Part shown: positions 48,690 to 57,838 of the stretch, in pieces | Layout: every line of letters begins with the position of its first letter | Position numbering within the stretch: the stretch's first letter is position 1 | Origin: Candidatus Omnitrophota bacterium | GTDB taxonomy: Bacteria > Omnitrophota > Gorgyraeia > Zapsychrales > Fredricksoniimonadaceae | Assembly (NCBI GenBank): GCA_903860135.1 | Contig: CAIOPG010000017.1 | Span: 139,364 to 203,363, forward strand | DNA: 64,000 nucleotides | Reading direction: 5' to 3' | Notes under the pieces: generated by a model | Told to the model about the DNA's origin: nothing | The model's input: the letters and a program-made list of their open reading frames with translations, nothing else | Database searches by the model: none | Translations under genes and position numbers: made by a program

Positions 48690-49796
48690 ATGATCATCGG
48701 CGTTGTCAAAGAAACCATTCCCGGAGAACTCCGCTGTGCCCTGGTGCCTGCCGGCACTGCGAAACTGGTCAAAAAAGGTTGTGCGGTCATCGTCGAAACC
48801 GGCCTTGGCAACGCCGCCTGTATCTCCGACAATGCTTATACCGCCGCTGGCGCCGTGATCTCCGCCCGTACCGATGTCCTCCGCCAGGCAGACATCCTGC
48901 TGAAGGTGCGCAAACCCCTTATAGAAGAAGCCGGCCAGATCAAACCCGGATGCGTGCATATCAGTTTCCTGGACCCGTTCAATGAAAAAGACCTGATCCT
49001 TGCCCTGGCCCAGGCGCATATTTCCGCGGTCAGCCTGGAAATGATCCCGCGCACGACCATTGCCCAGAAAATGGATGCCTTAAGTTCACAGGCCAACCTC
49101 GCCGGCTATGCCGCGGTGGTGCTTGCGGCTGAACGCCTCAATAAAATATTCCCCATGATGATGACCCCCTCGGGCACGATCTCGCCAGCCCGTGTTTTTG
49201 TGGTCGGTGCCGGTGTTGCCGGCTTGCAAGCCATCGCGACCGCCCGGCGCCTGGGCGCACGTGTGGATGCTTTTGATACCCGCCCGGTCGTTAAAGAACA
49301 AGTCCAGTCACTGGGCGCTAAATTCGTTGAGATTGATCTGGGAGAAACCGGTCAGACCAAAGACGGTTACGCCAAAGCACTGACACCGGATCAGCTCGAT
49401 AAGCAGCGCGCCGGCATGGCCAAGGTCTGCGCCCAGAGCGATGTGGTCATCACCACGGCCCAGATCTTTGGGATGAAAGCACCGGTCATCATCACCCGCG
49501 CCATGCTCAACGGCATGAAACCCGGCAGTGTTGTCCTTGATATGGCCATTGAATCCGGCGGCAATGTCGAAGGGGCTCGCTTGAATGAGGAAGTTGATAT
49601 CAACGGTGTGCGTGTGATCGGCCCTGGCAATCTCGCATCACGCGCCAGTGTCAATGCCTCCGAGATGTTCAGTGCCAATCTGGTTAACTTTATTGAACAT
49701 TTCTGGAATAAAGAAAAGAACATCTTTGTCCTCAACCAGGAAGACACGCTTATCCAAGGATGTCTGATCACCCATCAAGGGAAAGTTCTCAAATAA
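48690..49796 (+). CDS. pntAA: NAD(P) transhydrogenase alpha subunit, part 1 (soluble dI domain)
   Basis: True start is the ATG at 48690 (MIIGVVKETIPGE...) after an AAGGAG SD; an AlaDH/PNT fold with GxGxxG (VVGAGVAGLQA). Confidence 0.85.
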   Translation: MIIGVVKETIPGELRCALVPAGTAKLVKKGCAVIVETGLGNAACISDNAYTAAGAVISARTDVLRQADILLKVRKPLIEEAGQIKPGCVHISFLDPFNEKDLILALAQAHISAVSLEMIPRTTIAQKMDALSSQANLAGYAAVVLAAERLNKIFPMMMTPSGTISPARVFVVGAGVAGLQAIATARRLGARVDAFDTRPVVKEQVQSLGAKFVEIDLGETGQTKDGYAKALTPDQLDKQRAGMAKVCAQSDVVITTAQIFGMKAPVIITRAMLNGMKPGSVVLDMAIESGGNVEGARLNEEVDINGVRVIGPGNLASRASVNASEMFSANLVNFIEHFWNKEKNIFVLNQEDTLIQGCLITHQGKVLK

Positions 49797-49804
49797 GGAG
49801 TGTT

Positions 49805-50140
49805 ATGGAACAGCAGATCATCCCCTTTATTTACCTGTTGTATATTTTGGCCCTGTCGATCTTCCTGGGCTTCGCGCTGATCAGCCGGGTGCCGCCACTG
49901 CTCCATACCCCGCTCATGTCCGAGGCCAATGCGATCTCGGGGATCACCATAGTGGGGGCGCTCATCGCGGCAGGCTCCGGCGATGCCAATGCCCCGCTCA
50001 CGATATTCCTGGGGACTGCGGCCGTGGCCATGGCCATGTTCAACGTGGTCGGGGGCTATCTGGTCACCGAGCGCATGCTCAAAATGTTCAAGGCCAAAGT
50101 TTCCGTTCATCCCGCTGTAACCGCAAAGGCAACATCATGA
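49805..50140 (+). CDS. pntAB: NAD(P) transhydrogenase alpha subunit, part 2 (membrane dII segment)
   Basis: Start ATG at 49805 (MEQQIIPFIYLL...) after AAGGAG; ~110 aa with three TM helices. Confidence 0.8.
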   Translation: MEQQIIPFIYLLYILALSIFLGFALISRVPPLLHTPLMSEANAISGITIVGALIAAGSGDANAPLTIFLGTAAVAMAMFNVVGGYLVTERMLKMFKAKVSVHPAVTAKATS

Positions 50141-51513
50141 ACCACCTTTCCTGGGTCAACTGCGTTTATATCATCAGCTGTATCCTGTTCGCGTTCGGTT
50201 TAAAACTCCTCGGCTCTCCTGAAACCGCGCGCCGCGGCAACTGGATGTCGGCCCTGGGCATGCTGCTCGCCGTGATCGCGACACTCACCGCGCGCGAGAT
50301 CATTTCTTTCCAGTGGATATTGATCGGCGGGGTGATCGGCGCTTCGTTGGGAACGCTCGTGGCCTTGCGCGCCAGCATGACCCAAATGCCTGAAATGGTG
50401 GCCCTCCTGCACGGCTTTGGCGCGCTCGCCAGTGTATTTGTCGACTGGAGCGCGTATCACAACCATACGCCGGACAATGCGGTGGTCATCACGGCGATCT
50501 ACCTGTCGATCCTCATCGGCGGGGTGACTTTTACCGGCAGTCTGGTTGCCTGGGGCAAACTCAGCGAACGCTTGCCCGGAAAGCCGCTCCTTTTTCCCGG
50601 CCAGCAGATGATCAGCATCCTTACAGCCGCGGCCATTGCACTTCTGGCGATCCCTTTTTTCCTGACTCCTGCGGCTTACCCGGTATTCCTGTGGATCCTG
50701 GGGTTGTCACTCATCCTGGGTGTTCTCTTGGTGATTCCCATCGGCGGGGCGGATATGCCGGTGGTGATCTCGGTCCTTAACAGCTATTCCGGGCTTGTGG
50801 CCTGCACCACGGGCTTTGTCATCAACAATGTCCTGTTGATCGTCGTTGGCGCACTCGTCGGGGCCAACGGGATCATCCTCAGTTACATCATGTGCAAGGC
50901 CATGAACCGCTCGCTCAACAATGTGCTTTTCGGCGCCTTTGCCCCGCGTGTCAAGAAAGCCGCCGGCACGGCCAAGGGCGAGGTCAAACCCATCAGTCCC
51001 CAGGATGCTTTCCTTATCCTTGAATCCGCGCGTTCGGTCGTTATTGCCCCTGGTTATGGCATGGCGGTTGCCCAGGCGCAACACGCCGTGCGTGAACTCG
51101 GAGAGCTCCTGGAAAAGAATGGTGCTGATGTGAAATACGCCATTCATCCGGTCGCCGGGCGCATGCCCGGCCACATGAACGTCCTTTTGGCCGAGGCCAA
51201 TGTCCCTTATGATCAGCTCGTTGAAATGGAACACATCAATCCGCTGATGGACAATGTTGATGTCGCCATCGTGATCGGCGCCAATGACACCGTCAACCCG
51301 GCGGCCATCCACGACAAGACATCCCCCATCTACGGCATGCCCATCATTGAAACGTTCCGGGCCAAGACCGTCTTTGTGATCAAACGCTCGATGGCCTCAG
51401 GCTTTGCGGGCATCGAGAATGAATTATTCCTCTATGACAACACCCGCATGATCTTTGGCGACGCCAAAGATGTGGCGCAGAAACTTGTGGCGGAGTTCAA
51501 GGCGGGGAACTGA
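50137..51513 (+). CDS. pntB: NAD(P) transhydrogenase beta subunit
   Basis: 458 aa, a membrane domain plus a C-terminal NADP(H)-binding dIII; 4-nt overlap with pntAB. Confidence 0.9.
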   Translation: MNHLSWVNCVYIISCILFAFGLKLLGSPETARRGNWMSALGMLLAVIATLTAREIISFQWILIGGVIGASLGTLVALRASMTQMPEMVALLHGFGALASVFVDWSAYHNHTPDNAVVITAIYLSILIGGVTFTGSLVAWGKLSERLPGKPLLFPGQQMISILTAAAIALLAIPFFLTPAAYPVFLWILGLSLILGVLLVIPIGGADMPVVISVLNSYSGLVACTTGFVINNVLLIVVGALVGANGIILSYIMCKAMNRSLNNVLFGAFAPRVKKAAGTAKGEVKPISPQDAFLILESARSVVIAPGYGMAVAQAQHAVRELGELLEKNGADVKYAIHPVAGRMPGHMNVLLAEANVPYDQLVEMEHINPLMDNVDVAIVIGANDTVNPAAIHDKTSPIYGMPIIETFRAKTVFVIKRSMASGFAGIENELFLYDNTRMIFGDAKDVAQKLVAEFKAGN

Positions 51514-54500
51514 CCGGCAGGGCCGCAGCAACTCCATTTTGCCCGATCAGCGCGGCAAGATTGGTCACCGGCTGCATATCCATGATCACAGGATCCAGGC
51601 CGGGAATAGACCCGTCAGGCAGCGGACCGCGATAGGCCGGAAATCGGATACGGACATCATCCCCGCCGGTGCGCAACGCGGTATTACGCGGATTAAGGTC
51701 AATACCGCCTTTATCAGGTGACTGTAGCGAACTTTCATTCGAAACCGACCGGGCAGAATAATCCTTTTCTGTCCCCTGGATCAAACCAAGTTCACGTCCC
51801 AGTTCAATGATATGCTCCGCCATATAGATCTTCCGAAGATAATGCCGCTGTGTCGCTGAATGTTCCGGAGAAATCCACACGCTTAGATCATCATAGCCAT
51901 CTTCATCCATCCCAACAAAACCCTGACTCACATAATGCTTACCTAAGGCATAAGCCATATGTGTTATGCCGCCTTCAACCGTTCCAACAATATCGGCCGC
52001 TTCCATTAAATAAAGTATGCCTCGTTCATGCGGCTGTGGCACAGGCGATACCATGACAAAACTCAAGTATTGCTCAGGAATAAAATGTAAGATAGATTTT
52101 TCATCTTCAGAACGGTTAAATCCCAACCACCCTATACGATTCATATTAGGCATAAGAATGACAAAGAATCCCGAATCAATCAACTGTTGAACTTGCTTAG
52201 CACCGTAACGATACCCGTATTCCGACAAACCTTTTGTTTCTAACTCTCCACCAAACAGATTCAAAAATACAACTGGTCTTCGTTCGATATTCTTATCGGT
52301 CAATGTGGCCAAGAGGCTTCTTTTGTAATGAGCCTCAGAACCTGAAACTGTCGTCATATAATGACCATCTACCACCCGGTTGTTACCGGCCCCGTATGAA
52401 ATACCAAGCCGATCCAAAAGATCAAACGCAGGCGCATATTGATTACCACTATTAATTGGGTCCAACACATCATTCCTCACATGGATAACATCGTACTCTT
52501 TGTGTCCATAGGCGTAGGGAGAATGGATATAAATAGCGGGGGGTTGTCTCTTGAGAACATCCTGGAACGCCTGTTCCGCCTTCTGTGAAAGAATTTTTCC
52601 ATCAGCATCATAACGGTGAATAATCATGTCAGATTTCTCAGCGTCAAACAAAGGAGGAAATGTTAGCTGTATTCGCGGATGATTATATATCTCCGTCCGC
52701 TTCGTATAAATGTATATCTCGAGTTCCGGGTTATATTCCAACAGCGCTTGAACGAGTGATCCATTGCGTATGATCTCATCTCCTATACCTTCATCCAAAT
52801 TATGGACAAACAGTACCTTTTTCTTGCCGATCTTAAGAATTGCCTCAACTTTCTTATGAACATCCACCTTCTCTTTTTCACCGACATCCGGTTCTTTGGC
52901 ATCAATCAAAGGGATAAGTTTTTCAAGGTTTTGTCGAAAATCATCTAAAGATATATCCTTATATATGTTATTTCTGATCAGCAAATCCCAAAACCTGTCA
53001 ACCCGTCCATGAACACGTGAACTCATCTCAGCAAAGATCTTCAACTGCTCAAGCGATAGTGACGCCCCATGAAACCCAATCAATCCTCCTAACTGATAAT
53101 AGATAAAGCTATGCGGCGAATGATCCAAATTAAGCAGGATCGTCTTGATTACAGGCCAATATTCAAAGAAACTATCGCCGTAATGCTCCTTTAACCGATT
53201 AAAACCACTGTTCATTAAAAACCCCATTTTGGTCGCATTCGACTCCTTAAAAAGAAGCTTAAAAATGTCTCCTATCTCATCAATAAACATGTCACCAAAA
53301 TCTTTCTTAACTTCAAGTAAGAGCTTATAATATCTGCCAGGACTCTTGCTCGCCGACAGAATCCCAAATTCTTTCAAATCATCCCAATATCGCGGCAATT
53401 GATCACCAAACACATCAACGGCAATCTCCCATATTCCCCAAAAGTCGCGACCCGGATCACTTTCGGCCGCCATGGCCCAATACATAGCTTCCAATTCATC
53501 CAAGATGCGGCGCACGTCTTCACGGGAATGAATTAAATACGGTTTTAATGTTTTTAATGAAGCTAATGCCCACCCAGCACCATTATTACGTTCGCGGGCG
53601 AACCCTATCGAGCTTTGAATCAGCTTGAGCCCCAATTCAGGGAAATACTCAAGGTATTCCTCATGGGAATAACCATCAAACGGCATCCCGCCATTGGTCG
53701 TAAAGAATGGCTCTCCCCATTGGAGTACGGTAGCAACAGTATCAACCACCTCATAACCGTAACGATTTAAAATATCTTCTATCAACTGTTTTTTATCATC
53801 CGGTAGTTCTTTATATAACGCTTGGGCATAAAATTCATTCTTAAAAGCGGTCTCAGTTCTGTTATTAACACCCCGTTTAGCCCGTAACGCCAATATTATT
53901 TCCTCTGCCGTCATAGATACCGGAACGCCTCCCAAGCCATCGATAAAGCGGTACTTTTTCATGGCAGAATCATTTTTCTTCTTTCCATCTTTCCTGAGCG
54001 ATCCTGACTTCTTACCCGCGATAACGGATGCCTGAACCGCAATCTTGGTAGCTCTTGCCGCCTTCGCCGCGACATCCCCCGGCGTTTGTGATTCATCGAT
54101 CCGCCCATACTTCTCCACCACACCACCGGAAAAATATTTGCGCGGGATCACGGTTTGGGAGACATCATCGTAATCTTCTTTGATAAAGTTATAAACGCCC
54201 CGTTTAAACGCCTCCAGGTACTGTTGATAAATCTTCTGGTTGATCTGCTTATCCTGGGTATCAACTCCTGCGGTCCTGTTGTGATCGATGTAAATATCCT
54301 GCAGGACACTACCAGCCACATGGCGCTTGTACCAGGTGGCGAGGATCACGGCGTTGGATATCTGGCGCAGACGCGCAAACGACTTGCCGGTATTGACCTC
54401 CCGCTCGATCTCGGGAATGATAACCTCACGGATAATTTCTTTGGCGATATCGCTCAGCGGCGTCAGATCCTCCGCGCGTGTCTCCCCCAGCCCGTGCCGG

Positions 54501-55213
54501 GTGTGGCCCTGATTGGCCGCCAACGCCAGATAATCATTTTCCAGCATCACCTTATGGTGACTCCCGGTCACAAAGACCGATGTCCCGCTGACATAGACCG
54601 ACGCCCTGTCCGGGATGATCCAGACCTTGTGAAAAGTATCCATCGGGATCTCGTTGGTCCCGTAACGCTGCCGCGTTTTATCCCTCACCCGTTTCCAGAA
54701 CGCACGCCCCAAATCTTTCTCGGGATACATCAGGCTGGCTGTCAATTGCTTGAGAAGATAATCCTGCGCCAAAAGGTCCCGCCCTATTTCGGTTGCGCCA
54801 AACCCCGGCGGAATGATGCGGTCTTTTTCGTAAGGGCTGAGATTAACCCACATCTCATCTTCGGGCACCGTCATGGCCGCAAAGAAATATTTGATCAGGT
54901 GGTTGGATTCATCCCGAAGACTTTCTTCTTTGAGATTATCATCCCCTGGATGCACCATGAAATCAAACCGGAACGGATCTTCAGGATACACGGTCATCCC
55001 GATCATCAGGGCAGGATCATAGGCAGGGGTTAAACCAACCATCGCGCCAGGCGGCGGTAAGCCAAGGAGCGTTCCACCCGCCGGCCCAACCTGTTGCGCC
55101 TGCGCCTGGGATAAACCCAATGGAAGAACCGACTGACCGACAAAGGCGATCAAAACCGCCAAAAGCAGTGTTTTCTTAAGGAAGAAATATTTTTTAAAAT
55201 GAAAATGATGCAT
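51497..55213 (-). CDS. Secreted modular protein 3: conserved N-cap domain + ~500-aa unassigned helical region + GT9-like glycosyltransferase domain + conserved C-tail
   Basis: 1238 aa with a signal peptide (…LSQAQAQQ) and the N-domain blocks (WVNLSPYEKDRI, GRDLLAQDYLLKQLTASL, KVWIIP, KVMLENDY, PRKYFSGGV). The GT9-like features are ...KVLFVHNLDEGIGDEII... and ...MEAADIVGTVEGGITHMAYALGKHYV.... The C-tail is ...GGIDLNP...DPVIMDMQPVTNLAALIGQ. Confidence 0.8.
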   Translation of the reverse strand: MHHFHFKKYFFLKKTLLLAVLIAFVGQSVLPLGLSQAQAQQVGPAGGTLLGLPPPGAMVGLTPAYDPALMIGMTVYPEDPFRFDFMVHPGDDNLKEESLRDESNHLIKYFFAAMTVPEDEMWVNLSPYEKDRIIPPGFGATEIGRDLLAQDYLLKQLTASLMYPEKDLGRAFWKRVRDKTRQRYGTNEIPMDTFHKVWIIPDRASVYVSGTSVFVTGSHHKVMLENDYLALAANQGHTRHGLGETRAEDLTPLSDIAKEIIREVIIPEIEREVNTGKSFARLRQISNAVILATWYKRHVAGSVLQDIYIDHNRTAGVDTQDKQINQKIYQQYLEAFKRGVYNFIKEDYDDVSQTVIPRKYFSGGVVEKYGRIDESQTPGDVAAKAARATKIAVQASVIAGKKSGSLRKDGKKKNDSAMKKYRFIDGLGGVPVSMTAEEIILALRAKRGVNNRTETAFKNEFYAQALYKELPDDKKQLIEDILNRYGYEVVDTVATVLQWGEPFFTTNGGMPFDGYSHEEYLEYFPELGLKLIQSSIGFARERNNGAGWALASLKTLKPYLIHSREDVRRILDELEAMYWAMAAESDPGRDFWGIWEIAVDVFGDQLPRYWDDLKEFGILSASKSPGRYYKLLLEVKKDFGDMFIDEIGDIFKLLFKESNATKMGFLMNSGFNRLKEHYGDSFFEYWPVIKTILLNLDHSPHSFIYYQLGGLIGFHGASLSLEQLKIFAEMSSRVHGRVDRFWDLLIRNNIYKDISLDDFRQNLEKLIPLIDAKEPDVGEKEKVDVHKKVEAILKIGKKKVLFVHNLDEGIGDEIIRNGSLVQALLEYNPELEIYIYTKRTEIYNHPRIQLTFPPLFDAEKSDMIIHRYDADGKILSQKAEQAFQDVLKRQPPAIYIHSPYAYGHKEYDVIHVRNDVLDPINSGNQYAPAFDLLDRLGISYGAGNNRVVDGHYMTTVSGSEAHYKRSLLATLTDKNIERRPVVFLNLFGGELETKGLSEYGYRYGAKQVQQLIDSGFFVILMPNMNRIGWLGFNRSEDEKSILHFIPEQYLSFVMVSPVPQPHERGILYLMEAADIVGTVEGGITHMAYALGKHYVSQGFVGMDEDGYDDLSVWISPEHSATQRHYLRKIYMAEHIIELGRELGLIQGTEKDYSARSVSNESSLQSPDKGGIDLNPRNTALRTGGDDVRIRFPAYRGPLPDGSIPGLDPVIMDMQPVTNLAALIGQNGVAAALPVSSPP

Positions 55214-55215
55214 CG

Positions 55216-57306
55216 CTAACCGCCTCGTGCCGTAACAGGTGCGATGCCCAGAAAGTTGGGCAGATCATTCATGGGCTGAATGTCGATGATAACCGGCGCC
55301 ACCCCGGCTGAGCCCCGATATTTCTCCAGCATCGCCGGGTCAAAATGAAAGAATGTCCCTGCATCAGAAGCATCCACCTGCATGACCTGAGCGACAGGGT
55401 TCAAATCAATACCGCCTGAATCATTTGACGACTTGTCCGCCATCTTCCGATTAATCTTATCCAGTTCACCTGGGACCTTGTTCTTTAAATCTTCAGGTCC
55501 ATCAACCAATACTGTCTGCATACCAACCTTCTGGGCAGGTACTGTATCTTTTTGACTTGCTCCGATCGACACAAAAGCTTCAGCTGGGAAAGGAACTTTC
55601 GCTTGAATCTTCCGATAAAAATCAAGGGCAGGCTTCCCAACCCCCATATTCTCCTGGGTAAATATAAAATCAAAAATCTCCTCAAGCCCAAGCGCCTTTA
55701 AGACACGCGCCACATGAGCGTCGCTGGCATTAGACCCAAGCACAAGATAATACGACTGTTTCAATCCTTTCAATAAAGCAATCATGTCTTGTTCCGGTTT
55801 CAACAAACCTTCCACGTCAATCTCATCCACCTTGGCGTTAAACGCAGAACTGTTCAGGTTGAATGCCCGGACAACCCCGCTTAAAGATTGATTATTATTC
55901 TCATCAAAATAGGCGTTCTTCACTTCTTTTGCTGAATATTCAGCGGCCTTGGAAAGCTTGAGCAAAATCCGATATTTCCGACCCCACACCTTGCTTGAAT
56001 GATAAAGAGTATCCCCCAGATCAAAGATCAGCACTTTTACAGGCATCTTGCTGCGAGGTTCCAGGCTTGAATTGTCTTTAATAGAAGATGGTTTTTTCTC
56101 TTTAGGAATATTATTTACCCTGACACTCATCAAGACTTGCTTGCGCACAGGAAGCCCTGCCGCATCAAACGCATTGACCATACTCATATCACCAGGATAA
56201 ATATTAACACCCCCCGCAAAATACTTCCGGGGGATCGTTGCCTCGGTGGCGGGGTCGTATTCTTCGCGGATAAGGTTATACGCGCCTTTCTTGAATGACG
56301 CGACGTAGCGTGACCATATCTTTGCGGACTCTTTCGGGTCATCGATATTGACACCGGCGACTTTATTCTGGCCGACGTAGAAGCCGAGCGGGGATTGGTG
56401 GATCGCGCCCATGACTTTCTTTTTGTACCAGGCGGCCAGGATCAGGGAGTTGTAGACCTGCCGGAGCTGGGCGAAGTTTTGGCCTTCGTTGACTTCTTTT
56501 TCAAGGACAGGGAGGATGATGGTGCGGATGAGGGCTTGGGCAAGGTCTTCCCCCCGTCCATCCCCTTCCCACGAGGGGGAGGGTGACGTTGGAGACGCTG
56601 TATTATTCTTCGCGGCCAGATAATCGGATTCGAGCATGACCTTCAGGCGGGATTCGACCACGTAGGCGACGGCTTCTTCGGGGCGATGGTTGCCGGCAGG
56701 CTTGGGTTTTTCGTAAACCTTAGCCACAGCTGGAACGATCCAGACTTTATTGAACGTATCAATGGGGATATCGGTTGTCCCGAACTTCGCCTGGGCCTGT
56801 TTGTAGATCTCATCCCAGAACTTCTTGCCCAGGCTATCCTCAGGGTACATCAAACTGGCGGTGATCTGTTTCAACAGATAATCCTGCGCCAGAAGGTCGC
56901 GCCCCATTTCGGTCTGGCCAAAAGCTTCGGGCACAATGCGGTCTTTTTCATACGGGCTGAGATTCACCCAGAGGTCCTTTTCAGGCACCGTGAGCGCGGC
57001 GAGGAAATATTTTATCAGGCGAAGGGCATCATCCCCCGTCCCTTCCCCTTTATCCAGAATAAAATCAAACCGAAAAGGATCCCCCGCATAAACCTTGACG
57101 CCGGTAAGGGTGGTCGGATGAAAAACAGGGCTCAACCCCACCCTGGCTCCCGGCACCGGCAATCCCAACACCTCTTGTGCCGACACCTGCCCCAACGGAA
57201 ATGCCATGACATTCAACAAAAATGCCACCAGCATGACCCAGGGAACAATCCGCTGTCTCAGTGTTTTATTACGCTTTAAAGCCACATGATCTTCCCGATG
57301 GTTCAA
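55216..57306 (-). CDS. Secreted modular protein 4: conserved N-cap domain + HAD-superfamily phosphatase domain + conserved C-tail
   Basis: 696 aa with a signal peptide (…GQVSAQE) and the N-domain blocks (WVNLSPYEKDRI, GRDLLAQDYLLKQITASL, KVWIVP, LKVMLESDY, PRKYFAGGV). HAD motif I is FDLGDTL, with later GKP/D motifs. The C-tail is ...GGIDLNP...APVIIDIQPMNDLPNFLGI. Confidence 0.8.
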   Translation of the reverse strand: MNHREDHVALKRNKTLRQRIVPWVMLVAFLLNVMAFPLGQVSAQEVLGLPVPGARVGLSPVFHPTTLTGVKVYAGDPFRFDFILDKGEGTGDDALRLIKYFLAALTVPEKDLWVNLSPYEKDRIVPEAFGQTEMGRDLLAQDYLLKQITASLMYPEDSLGKKFWDEIYKQAQAKFGTTDIPIDTFNKVWIVPAVAKVYEKPKPAGNHRPEEAVAYVVESRLKVMLESDYLAAKNNTASPTSPSPSWEGDGRGEDLAQALIRTIILPVLEKEVNEGQNFAQLRQVYNSLILAAWYKKKVMGAIHQSPLGFYVGQNKVAGVNIDDPKESAKIWSRYVASFKKGAYNLIREEYDPATEATIPRKYFAGGVNIYPGDMSMVNAFDAAGLPVRKQVLMSVRVNNIPKEKKPSSIKDNSSLEPRSKMPVKVLIFDLGDTLYHSSKVWGRKYRILLKLSKAAEYSAKEVKNAYFDENNNQSLSGVVRAFNLNSSAFNAKVDEIDVEGLLKPEQDMIALLKGLKQSYYLVLGSNASDAHVARVLKALGLEEIFDFIFTQENMGVGKPALDFYRKIQAKVPFPAEAFVSIGASQKDTVPAQKVGMQTVLVDGPEDLKNKVPGELDKINRKMADKSSNDSGGIDLNPVAQVMQVDASDAGTFFHFDPAMLEKYRGSAGVAPVIIDIQPMNDLPNFLGIAPVTARGG

Positions 57307-57385
57307 CGAATCACAACGATGAAGAAAGTATATACTATATTTTTACATGAGGCAAAAAATGAGGCGGGAAAGTTTTGATGGAACG

Positions 57386-57838
57386 TTATTCGGTCGAAAC
57401 CGTCTTGCTTTGGTCGAGGGCACCTTTCATGGTGTGCCAGGCAAGGATGGCGCATTTGACGCGGCTGGGGTATTTCCAGATGCCTGAAAATACCGTAAGT
57501 TTCCCCAGATGATGTCCGGGAACGGCCGGATCAAGTTCGCGGGTGACAAGTTTCCTGAATTCTTCAAAAAGACTGGCGGCTTCCTCAACGGTCTTGCCTT
57601 TGAGCGCGGCGGTCATCATCGAACCGGATGCCTTGGAAATCGCGCAGCCGTCTCCATAGAACGCAGCTTCCTGCACAATGCCCTGATCAACTCTCAAGTA
57701 CACATTCAAATGATCGCCGCACAAGGGGTTATAGCCTTCGGCTTCATGGGTGCACGGTGACAATTTAAGGAAATTGCGCGGGCGTTTGTTGTGTTCCAGG
57801 ATAACCTGCTGGTACAACTCATCGTCATGGGCTGTCAT
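57386..57838 (-). CDS. sufU: SufU/IscU-like Fe-S cluster assembly sulfur-transfer protein
   Basis: 150 aa with conserved Cys residues (NPLCGD, GDGCAISKAS), downstream of sufS. Confidence 0.8.
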   Translation of the reverse strand: MTAHDDELYQQVILEHNKRPRNFLKLSPCTHEAEGYNPLCGDHLNVYLRVDQGIVQEAAFYGDGCAISKASGSMMTAALKGKTVEEAASLFEEFRKLVTRELDPAVPGHHLGKLTVFSGIWKYPSRVKCAILAWHTMKGALDQSKTVSTE

